Origin: an uncultured Acidobacteriota bacterium
GTDB taxonomy: Bacteria > Acidobacteriota > Thermoanaerobaculia > Multivoradales > JAGPDF01
Length of the DNA stretch: 64,000 nt
NCBI GenBank assembly: GCA_963803995.1
Contig: CAWDOT010000003.1
Span: 3,822-67,821 of the forward strand
Direction of reading: 5' to 3'
Below the pieces are notes generated by a model. That model worked only from the letters and a program-made list of their open reading frames with translations, was not told the DNA's origin and ran no database searches. Shown one piece after another: positions 1 to 9,100 of this stretch (positions are counted from its first letter, which is position 1; the number at the start of each line of letters is the position of its first letter). Made by a program: the position numbers and the translations under genes.

Positions 1-2598
1 GAGGCCGCGGCCGCGTTCGGTGCGGGCCCCGCTCCGGAACCGGCGTCGGGCGCCCGCTTCGGCGCCTGGCGGATCGTCGCCCCGCTCGCCCGGGGCGGCA
101 TGTCGCAGGTGTTCGTCGCCGAGCGCGTCGAAGGGGGCTTCCGCCAGCGCGCGGCGCTCAAGCTGTTCACCGCGCAGGCGAGCCCCGCCGACTCGCTCGC
201 GCGCCGGTTCGAGCAGGAGCGCCAGATCCTCGCCGCGCTCGAGCACCCCAACATCGCCCGGGTGCTCGACGGCGGCGTCGCCGCCGACGGGCGGCCCTTT
301 CTCGTCCTCGAGCTCGTCGACGGCGAGCCGATCGACGTCTGGTGCGCGCGCCACGCCCTGGCGCTCGCCCCCCGCCTGGAGCTGCTCTCGGTCGTCGCGC
401 GCACCGTCCACTTCGCCCACCGCAACCTGATCGTCCACCGCGACCTCAAGCCCTCCAACGTGCTGGTCACCGTGGACGGCACGGTGAAGCTGCTCGATTT
501 CGGGATCGCCAAGGTCCTCGAGGGCTCCCAGGCCCTCGCCGGCGCTCCGCTCGCCGCGCCCGAGACGCGCACCACGGCGCGCCCGCTGACACCGGCGTAC
601 GCCGCGCCCGAGCAGCTCCTGGGCGGCGTGATCACCACCGCCTCCGACGTCTACCAGCTCGGCCTGCTGCTCTACGAGCTCGTCGGGGGCCGCCCCGCGC
701 ACGTCTTCCGCGAGGACAGCTGGCGCGAGCTCGAGCGCGTGGTCTGCGAGGTCGATCCGCCCCGGCTCGGCCATCTGCCGGAGGCCACTTCCGGCGTCGG
801 TCGCCGGGGCGTGCGCGTGCCGGGCGACCTCGAGACGATCGTCTTCAAGGCGCTGCAGAAGGACCCCGCGCGCCGCTACGTCTCGGCCGAGCAGCTCGCC
901 GAGGACCTCGACCGCTTCCTCGCCGACCAGCCGGTCGTCGCCCGCCCCGACACGGTGACCTATCGGGCGCGCAAGTTCGTGCGCCGGCACCGGGTCGCGG
1001 TCGCGGGCGCGGCGGCGGTCGCCCTGCTCGTGCTCGGCTCCGCGGCGGCGCTTGTCCGCCTCTCCGCCCGGCTCGCCGGCGAACGCGATCGCGCGCGCTC
1101 CGAGGCCCGCCGCGCGGAGGCGGTCACCGGCCTGCTGGTCGGCCTGTTCGACGCCGCCGATCCCGAGCTCGCGGCGGGCGCGGTGCCCGACGCCCGCGAG
1201 CTGCTCGACCGGGGCGCCGCGCGCCTCGAGAGCGAGCTCGCGCCCGAGCCCGCGCTCCTGCGCACGCTGCTGCCCCGGGTCGCCGAGATGAACCTGCGCC
1301 TGAACCGCGCCGGCGTGGCCGAACGGCTGGCGCGGCGCGCTCTCGAGCTCGCCCGGACGGCGGCCGCGGGCGGCGACGACGCGGCGCGCGCCGACGTGGC
1401 GCGCGCCGAGCTCCTGCTCGGCTGGGCGGCGGACGCGCAGGGGCGCTATGCCGAGTCGGCGCGGCTCTACCTCTCCGCGCTGCGCGCACTCGAACGCCTG
1501 ACCCCGCGCGACGAGCCGGAGATCTTCCTGGCGCGGCTCGGCTACGGCAACGCCCTGCAGCGGCTCGGCCGGCCGGCCGACGCCGCCGCCGAGATCGCCA
1601 CGTCGCTCGCGGCGGCCGCCGGCGGCGTCGCCGTCGACGCGGTCGCCCTCGGCAACGCCTGGGGGAGTCTGAGCGTCGCCCGCCTCGACGCCGGCGACGC
1701 GGCGGGCGCGGAGGCGGCGGCGCGCGAGGGGCTGCGCGGGCTGACCGCCGCCTTCGGGCCCGATCACCCGCGCCTGCTCTTCGCGCTCGGCAACCTCGCG
1801 CGCGCCCTGGAGACGCGCGGCGACCTCGATGGCGCGCTCGAGAACTACCGGCGCTCGATCGAGATGCGGCGGCGGGTCTACGGCGAGGAATCGCCGGCGA
1901 TGGCGACCGCCCTGCACAACCTGGCGCGCCTCGAGAGCGTCCGCGGACAGATCGAAGCCGCCTGCGAGACCGGCGCGCGGGCGCTCGCGCTGCGCGAACG
2001 GCTGCTCGGCGCCGGCCACCCGGACACCGCCCTGACCCGCTCGAACCTCGGCATCGCCGTGCGCGAGGCGGGCGAGCCCGCGCGCGCGCTCGTGCTGCTC
2101 GACGCCGCCCTCGCCGCGCAGCGCGCCGCGCTCGGCGACGACCACCGGCTCACCCAGAGCACGCGCTCCTACCGCGCCTTCGCCCTGCTCGACCTCGGCC
2201 GGGTCGCAGAGGCGACCGCCGAGGAGGGTATGGCGCGCGCCGTGCTCGCGCAGGCGCCGGCGCGGGACGCGACGAGCGCCGCTCTGCTGCTCGGCCGCCT
2301 GGCGCTCGCGCGCGGCGAGCGCGACGCCGCGCGCGAGATGTTGCGGCGGGCCGAGGAGTCGGGGGGTGCTCTGGGAAACCCGGGGTTCCGGCCGCTGGTC
2401 GAGGCGCGGCTGCTCGCCGCCGCGCTCGACGCCGCGACGTCGCCATCGCCCGCGGCCCGCGACCGGCTCGCCGCCGCGGCCGCCGCGGCCGCGCCGCAGA
2501 CGCCCCGTCTCCACGCCCTCGCCGCCCGCCTGGGCGCTGGCGAGGAGACCGCGACCACCTCGCTCGCCGCCTTCCGCGGGGAGCCCGCCCGGCGCTAG
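1..2598 (+). CDS. Ser/Thr protein kinase with TM segment and C-terminal TPR repeats (5' partial)
   Basis: Frame open from base 1. Motifs ARGGMSQV, AALK, HRDLKPSN, DFG, TPAYAAPEQ, SDVYQLG; hydrophobic segment; TPR-like repeats (ALGNLA, ALHNLA, RSNLG). Confidence 0.93.
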   Translation, partial: EAAAAFGAGPAPEPASGARFGAWRIVAPLARGGMSQVFVAERVEGGFRQRAALKLFTAQASPADSLARRFEQERQILAALEHPNIARVLDGGVAADGRPFLVLELVDGEPIDVWCARHALALAPRLELLSVVARTVHFAHRNLIVHRDLKPSNVLVTVDGTVKLLDFGIAKVLEGSQALAGAPLAAPETRTTARPLTPAYAAPEQLLGGVITTASDVYQLGLLLYELVGGRPAHVFREDSWRELERVVCEVDPPRLGHLPEATSGVGRRGVRVPGDLETIVFKALQKDPARRYVSAEQLAEDLDRFLADQPVVARPDTVTYRARKFVRRHRVAVAGAAAVALLVLGSAAALVRLSARLAGERDRARSEARRAEAVTGLLVGLFDAADPELAAGAVPDARELLDRGAARLESELAPEPALLRTLLPRVAEMNLRLNRAGVAERLARRALELARTAAAGGDDAARADVARAELLLGWAADAQGRYAESARLYLSALRALERLTPRDEPEIFLARLGYGNALQRLGRPADAAAEIATSLAAAAGGVAVDAVALGNAWGSLSVARLDAGDAAGAEAAAREGLRGLTAAFGPDHPRLLFALGNLARALETRGDLDGALENYRRSIEMRRRVYGEESPAMATALHNLARLESVRGQIEAACETGARALALRERLLGAGHPDTALTRSNLGIAVREAGEPARALVLLDAALAAQRAALGDDHRLTQSTRSYRAFALLDLGRVAEATAEEGMARAVLAQAPARDATSAALLLGRLALARGERDAAREMLRRAEESGGALGNPGFRPLVEARLLAAALDAATSPSPAARDRLAAAAAAAAPQTPRLHALAARLGAGEETATTSLAAFRGEPARR

Positions 2599-2612
2599 GC
2601 TGCGCAGGACCG

Positions 2613-3299
2613 ATGCCCGCCCCCGCCCGCGCCGCCCTGCCGCCCGAGGCGCTCGACCACGAGGTCAAGCTCGTCCTGCCGGCGGCGTCCGGGGCCGCGG
2701 CCCACGCGCTGCTCGCCGGCGTCTGCCGTCCCGAGACGCCGCACGCCGGCGGGGTGGTCGAGACGGTCTACTTCGACGACGGCACGCTCTCCTCGCTCGC
2801 GGAGAAGGAAGCGAGCGACTACCTGAAGACCAAGGTGCGCCTGCGCTGGTACGACGGCGGCGGCCCGGTCTGGCTCGAGGTCAAGCGCCGGATCGGCAGC
2901 CGCCGCGACAAGGCGCGGCTCGAAACGGGCCTCGACGGCGCCGAGCTCGCCGCGCGCGGTCTCGCCGGCCTCGCCGGCCTCGACCTCGCCCGCCTCGCCG
3001 CAAGGCACGGCGTCGCGCTGCCTCCGGGCCTCGCGCCGGCGCTGCGCCTGCGCTACCGGCGCGACCGCTTCGTCGAGGCGGGCACCGGCGCCCGCCTCTC
3101 GCTCGACCGCGAGATCCGCGCGATCGAGCGCCGCGGCCTGCCGCGAGCGCCGGCAGCGCGCGCGCTCGACCTCGCGCTGGTCGAGCTCAAGGGGCGCGAA
3201 CGCGAGCTGCCGCCGGCGCTCGCCCCGCTGCACGCGCTGGGGGCACGGCGGGGCTCCTTCTCGAAGTACTTCGCCTGCTTCATGTCCGATCCGATCTGA
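2613..3299 (+). CDS. VTC / polyphosphate-polymerase-like (CYTH tunnel) domain protein
   Basis: C-terminal part of ORF 342..3299, ATG at 2613. Motifs HEVK, TVYFD, KVRLRWY, WLEVKRR, YRRDRF, RLSLD, LVELK, FSKY. Confidence 0.85.
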   Translation: MPAPARAALPPEALDHEVKLVLPAASGAAAHALLAGVCRPETPHAGGVVETVYFDDGTLSSLAEKEASDYLKTKVRLRWYDGGGPVWLEVKRRIGSRRDKARLETGLDGAELAARGLAGLAGLDLARLAARHGVALPPGLAPALRLRYRRDRFVEAGTGARLSLDREIRAIERRGLPRAPAARALDLALVELKGRERELPPALAPLHALGARRGSFSKYFACFMSDPI

Positions 3300-3309
3300 G
3301 GAGATCCCG

Positions 3310-4008
3310 ATGGCCGAAATGCTCGAGCGCTGGACGAGAGTGTGGGAGGGGCGGGGGCTGCCGCTCGGGGCCGGACAGTTCCTCGTACTGCTGCTGGTCT
3401 CGGTCGCGGCCGCGATGGTGGTCGGGCTGCTCTACGTCCGCTTCTTCGGCAGCCGCGCGACCGGTAGCGACATCCACCGCGCCTTCCCCCTGCTCGCGCT
3501 GGCGGTGACCGCCATTTTCGTCTGCATCCAGTTCTCGCTGCCGCTCTCGCTCGGCCTGCTCGGCGCGCTCTCGATCGTGCGCTTCCGCACGCCGATCAAG
3601 GAGCCCGAGGAGATCGGGTTCCTGATGGTGGTGATCGCGACCTCGCTCGCCGCCGCCACCGGGTTGCTGCCCTACCTCGGCGTGGTGGTGGTCGTGGCCG
3701 TGGTGGCGCTCGTCGGCCAGCATCTGGCCCGCCCGGTCTACCGCCGGCGCGGAGAGAGCGGCCTGGTGATCGCGACCTTCGACGCGGCGGGCTACGACGC
3801 CGCGCGCGTCGCACTCTTCGCCGCGCTCGCCGGAAGCGCGCGCGGCGCGCTCGAGAGCGTCACGCAGCAGGAGGGGACGGTGACGCTGGTCTGGCGCTTC
3901 GGCGGCCTCGCGCGCGCCGCGGCGCCCGAGCTCGAGCGGAGGCTCTCGAGAGAGGCCACGCCGCGCACGCTGTCGATCGTCTACGACGCGGGGACCGGCG
4001 CCGTTTGA
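3310..4008 (+). CDS. DUF4956-family membrane protein
   Basis: TM helices, signature SLGLLGALSIVRFRTPIKEPEEIGFL, soluble C-terminal domain; adjacent to the VTC gene as expected for this family. Confidence 0.85.
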   Translation: MAEMLERWTRVWEGRGLPLGAGQFLVLLLVSVAAAMVVGLLYVRFFGSRATGSDIHRAFPLLALAVTAIFVCIQFSLPLSLGLLGALSIVRFRTPIKEPEEIGFLMVVIATSLAAATGLLPYLGVVVVVAVVALVGQHLARPVYRRRGESGLVIATFDAAGYDAARVALFAALAGSARGALESVTQQEGTVTLVWRFGGLARAAAPELERRLSREATPRTLSIVYDAGTGAV

Positions 4009-5534
4009 ACCGGCGAGCCGCGCGGGGTCCGGCGCGCTGGGCGGTCCCCCTGGCGCTCGCCACGGGTGCGCTGCTCGTCGCCTCGGGCGCGAGCCTCGCG
4101 CTCTGGCGGCTCGCCGCTCCGCTCGCCGAGCCGACCGCGCCGGCGACCGGCCTCGGTTCGGCCAAGCTGCGCGCCGCGCTGACGCGAATCGGCACCCTCG
4201 CCCTGCAGCCGCCGACGGTCGCGGACCTCGAGCGGTCGGCGGCGACCGGCGAGTGCCCGGAGTACCGGATCGGCGCCACGCCGCCCGCGCCCGAGGCGCA
4301 GCCCGCGAGCGTCGCGACACCGCCGGCCGAGCGCGGTCGCTGGCCGGTCCTGGCCTCGCTCTGGGTCGATCCCTGCCGCCTCGCCTGGCTCTATCAGCAC
4401 CCCTGGGACCGCGGCCGCGCGACCGAGCAGCCGGGTTGGATCGCAGTCTGGGAGCAGGGGCAGCTGCGCTTCGCCTCCGCGGTCGGCGTTCGGATCCACG
4501 GCGGGATCGCACGCGACGATCCGCCCTACAGCTTCCGGATCTACTTCCGGGGCGAGTACGGCGAGGCCGGGTTGCCCGCCGAGCTGCTCTCGTCCGATCT
4601 CGCGGGTCCGATCGCGCGGATCTACCTCGACGAGAGCCTGGATTTCGACCGCGACCGACGCCGCTTCTTCTTCCCCGCCGAGATCGCCTACGAGATCGGA
4701 CGGCGGCTGGGCGCCCCGGCGCCCCGCACCCGGCCGATCCGGTTCACGCTCAACGGCGACGCGTCCGCGATCTACGTCCTCGGCGAGCACATCGGCGAGA
4801 GCTTTCTCGAGCGCCACTTCGGCCACCGCAACCTCGACCTCGTGCGCGGCAAGCGCGAGGCCGGAGATCAGGCCGAGGCGCTCTGGCGCGCCGAGCTCGA
4901 CTGGATCCGGTCGGTCCCTCGCCCGCTGACCGCCGCGCGCGCCGCCACCCGCTACGATCTCGACCAGCTCACGCGCTGGCTCGCGACCGTGCTTTTCTGC
5001 GCCACCGGCGAGCTCCATCAGGACGCGATGATCCGCGACCGCTCCGGTGTGCTCGCCGGCGGGCGCTGGACCTGGATCCATTGGGACCAGGACATGAGCT
5101 TCCGCAATCCGCCCGGCAACTCGCGCTTCGGCCGCGAGCGCGAGGTCCTGCCCTTCCTCCTCTGGAACCATCGCCCGGAGGAGTCCGCGCCCTCGCGCGA
5201 GCTCGCCCGGCGGCTCCTCCTGGAGGATCCCGCCTATCGGCAGCGGCTGGTCGAGCGGATCGAGCGCGCGCTCGCCGAGGAGCTGACGCCGGCCTTCCTC
5301 GAGGACCTCGTCACCCGCTACGAGACGGCCGCGCGCGAGCTCGGGGCCGAGGATCTGGTCTTCGCCGAGCGGCTGCGCGCCTACTTCGCGGCGCGGCCCG
5401 CCGAGGTCCGGCGCCAGCTCGACCTGCTGGCGTCGGTCGACCCGTCGGGAGAGCGGCCCGGCTGGCTCGACCGCCCCCCGCGTCGCCGGCGCGCCGCGGA
5501 TGCCGCGGTCGATCGCGGCACGTCGGTGCGGTAG
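4005..5534 (+). CDS. CotH kinase family protein, membrane-anchored or exported
   Basis: TTG start overlaps the upstream stop; N-terminal hydrophobic helix; GVRIHGG, SFRIYFR, FTLNG..IYVLGE, WIHWDQDMSF. Confidence 0.75.
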   Translation: MNRRAARGPARWAVPLALATGALLVASGASLALWRLAAPLAEPTAPATGLGSAKLRAALTRIGTLALQPPTVADLERSAATGECPEYRIGATPPAPEAQPASVATPPAERGRWPVLASLWVDPCRLAWLYQHPWDRGRATEQPGWIAVWEQGQLRFASAVGVRIHGGIARDDPPYSFRIYFRGEYGEAGLPAELLSSDLAGPIARIYLDESLDFDRDRRRFFFPAEIAYEIGRRLGAPAPRTRPIRFTLNGDASAIYVLGEHIGESFLERHFGHRNLDLVRGKREAGDQAEALWRAELDWIRSVPRPLTAARAATRYDLDQLTRWLATVLFCATGELHQDAMIRDRSGVLAGGRWTWIHWDQDMSFRNPPGNSRFGREREVLPFLLWNHRPEESAPSRELARRLLLEDPAYRQRLVERIERALAEELTPAFLEDLVTRYETAARELGAEDLVFAERLRAYFAARPAEVRRQLDLLASVDPSGERPGWLDRPPRRRRAADAAVDRGTSVR

Positions 5535-5598
5535 GCTCTCCGCTCCGGATGCGGAGCCGCCGACCGGCGCGCCCGACCCAACTCCCGAGGAGACCCCG

Positions 5599-6963
5599 AT
5601 GGCCGGCATCTTCAAGGCGTACGACGTCCGCGGCATCTACCCGACCCAGATCGACGAAGCGATCGCGCGCCAGGTCGGGCGCGCTTTCCGCACGGTGCTC
5701 GACGCGGCCGACCTCGCCCACGGCGGCGAGCGGGTGGTCGTCTCGCGCGACATGCGCCCCTCCTCGGAGCCGCTCTCGGCAGCCCTGATCGAGGGCCTGC
5801 GCGCGGGGGGCCTCGACGTCGTCGACATCGGGCTCGCCACCACCCCGATGAACTACTTCGCCATCGGCCACCTGAAGACGGCCGGCGGCGTACAGGTCAC
5901 CGCCTCGCACAACCCGGCCGAGTACAACGGCCTCAAGTTCTCGAAGCACGAGGCGCGGCCGGTGTCGGGCGACCACGGCATCCCGCTGCTCGAGCGGGCG
6001 GTCGCGACCGGCAGCTTCCCCGCCGCTTCCCGCCAGGGCGGCCTCGAGCGGGCGGATGTCTCCGCCGCCTACCGCGACCACGTCCTCTCCTTCCTCGACC
6101 GCCCGGCGCACGCGCGCCGGCTCAAGGTGGTGGTCGACGCGGCCAACGGCATGGCGGTCGTCGACCAGGCGATCTGGGACTCGCTCGGCGTCGACCTCGT
6201 GCCGCTCTTCTTCGAGCTCGACGGCACCTTCCCCAACCACGAGGCGAATCCGCTGAAGCTCGAGAACCTGCGCGACCTCCAGGCCCGGGTGAAGGCGACC
6301 GGCGCCGATCTCGGCGTCGCCTGCGACGGCGACTTCGACCGGGCCGCCTTCGTCGACGAGAAGGGCGAGCCGGTCGGCAGCGACCTCGCCACCGCGCTGA
6401 TCGCGGGCGAGCTGCTCGCCCACGACCCGGGCAAGGCCGTGCTCTACGACCTGCGCTCCTCGCGCGCGGTGCCCGAGTACATCCGCGAGAAGGGGGGCGT
6501 GCCGGTCCGCGAGCGGGTCGGCCACTCCTTCATGAAGGCGACGCTGCGCGAGCGGCAGGGGGTCTTCGGCGGCGAGCTCGCCGGCCACTACTACTTCCGC
6601 GACCACTTCCACGCCGACTGCGCGATGGCCGCCGTGATCGAGATCCTCAACCTGCTCTGGCACTCGGGCCGGACGATGTCGCAGGTGGTCGCGCCGCTCG
6701 CCCGCTACGCCAAGAGCCCGGAGACGAATTTCGAGGTCGAGGACAAGGCCGCCAAGATGAAGGAGCTCGAAGCGGTCTACGCCGACGGCCGGATCGACTG
6801 GCTCGACGGCATCACCGTCGAGTACGACGACTGGTGGTTCAACGTGCGCCCCTCCAACACCGAGCCGCTGCTGCGCCTGGTCTGCGAAGCGCGCACGGCC
6901 GGGCTGCTGACCGCGAAGATGGGCGAGCTGGTCGCCCGGATCGGGCACCCGGTCGACCACTGA
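5599..6963 (+). CDS. Phosphomannomutase/phosphoglucomutase
   Basis: IFKAYDVRG, TASHNP, DGDFDR, GGELAGH, VRPSNTEP; GAGGAG RBS. Confidence 0.95.
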   Translation: MAGIFKAYDVRGIYPTQIDEAIARQVGRAFRTVLDAADLAHGGERVVVSRDMRPSSEPLSAALIEGLRAGGLDVVDIGLATTPMNYFAIGHLKTAGGVQVTASHNPAEYNGLKFSKHEARPVSGDHGIPLLERAVATGSFPAASRQGGLERADVSAAYRDHVLSFLDRPAHARRLKVVVDAANGMAVVDQAIWDSLGVDLVPLFFELDGTFPNHEANPLKLENLRDLQARVKATGADLGVACDGDFDRAAFVDEKGEPVGSDLATALIAGELLAHDPGKAVLYDLRSSRAVPEYIREKGGVPVRERVGHSFMKATLRERQGVFGGELAGHYYFRDHFHADCAMAAVIEILNLLWHSGRTMSQVVAPLARYAKSPETNFEVEDKAAKMKELEAVYADGRIDWLDGITVEYDDWWFNVRPSNTEPLLRLVCEARTAGLLTAKMGELVARIGHPVDH

Positions 6964-6988
6964 GAGTTCCCCCCGGCGGGCGACGCCG

Positions 6989-8512
6989 ATGAGCGAAGCG
7001 ATCGGGACAGAGAGCGGCCGGCGGGCCGGCGGCTGGCCGCGCTGGGCGGCGCTTGCCGCGCTGCTCGCGTTCGCGCTGGTCCTGCAGGGAGCGCGCCCGC
7101 TGTTCGACACCGACGAGGGGCGCTACACCGCCGTCGCCCTGCAGATGCTCGACAGCGGCGACTGGCTGACTCCGCGCCTGCACCACGAGGTGCCGCACTT
7201 CTCGAAGCCGCCGCTCACCTACTGGGCGCTCGCCTCGTCCATGGCTCTCCTCGGCCGCAACGAGTGGGCGGCGCGGCTGCCGAACGCACTCGCCTTCGCG
7301 GCGACCGTTCTCCTCGTCTTCGTCATCGCGCGACGCCTGACGCGCGCCCGACCCGAGCTCGCGGCGCTCGTCCAGGCGACGTCGCTGATGCCGTTCGCGG
7401 CGGCCAACGTGATCACCACGGATACGCTGCTGACGCTCTTCGAGACCCTGGCGGTCGCCGGTTTCGTGCTATTGCGCTGGGGCGGGGCGCCGGCCGAGCG
7501 GGCGCGCTGGATGCTGTGCGGGGGCTTCGGCCTCGCCTTCCTGACCAAGGGCCCGCCCGGCCTGCTGCCGCTGCTGGCGATCGTCGTCTTCACCGCCTGG
7601 GTCGACGGCGGCCGCGGGCTCGCCCGCCTCGTCTCGTTGCGGGCCGCCGTGCTCTTCCTGGCGCTCGCTTTCGGCTGGTACGGCTGGCAACTCTCGCAGC
7701 GGCCCGACCTGCTCGGCTATCTGCTCGGCGACGAACTGGTCGGCCGCGTCGCCACCCCGGAGTTCGACCGCAACGCGACCCTCCTCGGGCTGTTCAAGAT
7801 CTACCTTCCGGTGGTCGTGATCGCGCCGCTGCCCTGGTGGCCGCTCGTCCTCCGCCGGCGCGGCCCCCGAACGCGGGCACCGCGCGAGAGGCTCGCCGCC
7901 CTGCGCCGCGAGCCGGAGCGGCTCTTCCTCTGGCTCTGGCTGCTCCTGCCGTTCGCGATCTTCTGCGTCTCCCGCTCGCGGCTGCCGCTCTACCTGCTGC
8001 CGCTCGCCGTGCCGGCGTCGCTGCTTCTCGCGCGCGGCCTCGCGGATCGAATCGACTTCCGGTTCCGGCAACGCGTCCTGATCGCGGTCTGGATCCTGGC
8101 TCTCATCGGCCTCAAGGGCGTGGGCGCGACGCTCGCCCCCGACCGCAACGGCCGGCTGCTGGCCGCGGCGATCCGGGCCGCCGCGCCCTATCCGCCGGGC
8201 GAGGTCCTGTTCGTCGAGCACCGGGCCTTCTACACACCGGCCTTCTACCTCGGCGTCGAGGTGGAGCAGGTGGACCTCACGACGTCGGACCGCTACGTCC
8301 CCTCCCCCTCCTACCGCCCCGTGACCACGACCCTCGCGCAGGAGTTCGCGGAAGGCGAGCAGCGGCGCGTCTTCCTTCTGGCCCCGGGGCAGGAGAGGGC
8401 CTTCCTCGCCGAGCTCGCCGGCCTGGGCGCCACCAGCCGCAAGGCCGGCGCGTTCGGCCGCTTCCTGATCTATCTCGAGCCGGTGCCGGCGCTGCCGCCG
8501 CTCGTGCCCTGA
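6989..8512 (+). CDS. ArnT/PMT-like (GT-C) glycosyltransferase
   Basis: DEGRY, KPPLTYW, EWAARLP, FLTKGP, RLPLYLLP; many TM helices. Confidence 0.9.
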   Translation: MSEAIGTESGRRAGGWPRWAALAALLAFALVLQGARPLFDTDEGRYTAVALQMLDSGDWLTPRLHHEVPHFSKPPLTYWALASSMALLGRNEWAARLPNALAFAATVLLVFVIARRLTRARPELAALVQATSLMPFAAANVITTDTLLTLFETLAVAGFVLLRWGGAPAERARWMLCGGFGLAFLTKGPPGLLPLLAIVVFTAWVDGGRGLARLVSLRAAVLFLALAFGWYGWQLSQRPDLLGYLLGDELVGRVATPEFDRNATLLGLFKIYLPVVVIAPLPWWPLVLRRRGPRTRAPRERLAALRREPERLFLWLWLLLPFAIFCVSRSRLPLYLLPLAVPASLLLARGLADRIDFRFRQRVLIAVWILALIGLKGVGATLAPDRNGRLLAAAIRAAAPYPPGEVLFVEHRAFYTPAFYLGVEVEQVDLTTSDRYVPSPSYRPVTTTLAQEFAEGEQRRVFLLAPGQERAFLAELAGLGATSRKAGAFGRFLIYLEPVPALPPLVP

Positions 8513-8516
8513 CCGG

Positions 8517-8993
8517 TCAGAACCGGAGGCCGACGCCGGCGACCACCTCGGCGTCGTCGGCGAGCACGATCTTCAGCTGCGCGTAGGGCGTCATGCCGGA
8601 GAGCTTCCAGCCGATGCCGCCCAGCAGGTTGGCGCCGAGGTCGGTCTCGCTGTCGCGCCCCTGGCCGCTCTCGCTGTAGATCGCGCCGAGGCCGGCGCCC
8701 GCCCAGAGATAGAACTGGCGCTCCTCGAGGAAGTCGTAGTGGAAGTCGGCGTTCAACGAGACGCGGTCGCGCTCGTCGGCGAAGACGAACTCGACGTTGG
8801 GATTGAAGAACCACTCGCTGCCGCCGAGCCGGGTGAGCAGCTCGAGACCGACGTACGGATCCTCGTCCTCGAGATAGGCGCCGGCGCGCACGCCGAAATC
8901 GAGGCCGGCCGCGTCGGCGGGCCGGGGAACGGAGAGCGTCAGCGCGGCCGCAGCGAGCGCGGCGAGGAGCGTGACCGGTGTCGCACGGTTCAT
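8517..8993 (-). CDS. Small outer-membrane beta-barrel protein
   Basis: Signal peptide, amphipathic strands, C-terminal GVGLRF; GGGAG RBS before ATG 8993. Confidence 0.8.
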   Translation of the reverse strand: MNRATPVTLLAALAAAALTLSVPRPADAAGLDFGVRAGAYLEDEDPYVGLELLTRLGGSEWFFNPNVEFVFADERDRVSLNADFHYDFLEERQFYLWAGAGLGAIYSESGQGRDSETDLGANLLGGIGWKLSGMTPYAQLKIVLADDAEVVAGVGLRF

Positions 8994-9100
8994 GTCGAGC
9001 CTCCCTGTCGGTTGCGCGTCGAGCACGACGCGGTGCGACGGGAGGCTTCAAGTCCCGTGCCGGGAGCTGTGGAATCGAGTGGAGTGCTCCACTCCGGAGT

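Noticed and set aside
342-2612. Long Arg/Pro/Ala-rich alternative-frame and antisense ORFs here and throughout (e.g. 24094..27297, 40792..44037)
   Set aside because: These are expected shadow ORFs in very high-GC DNA. They have no motifs and overlap well-supported genes.
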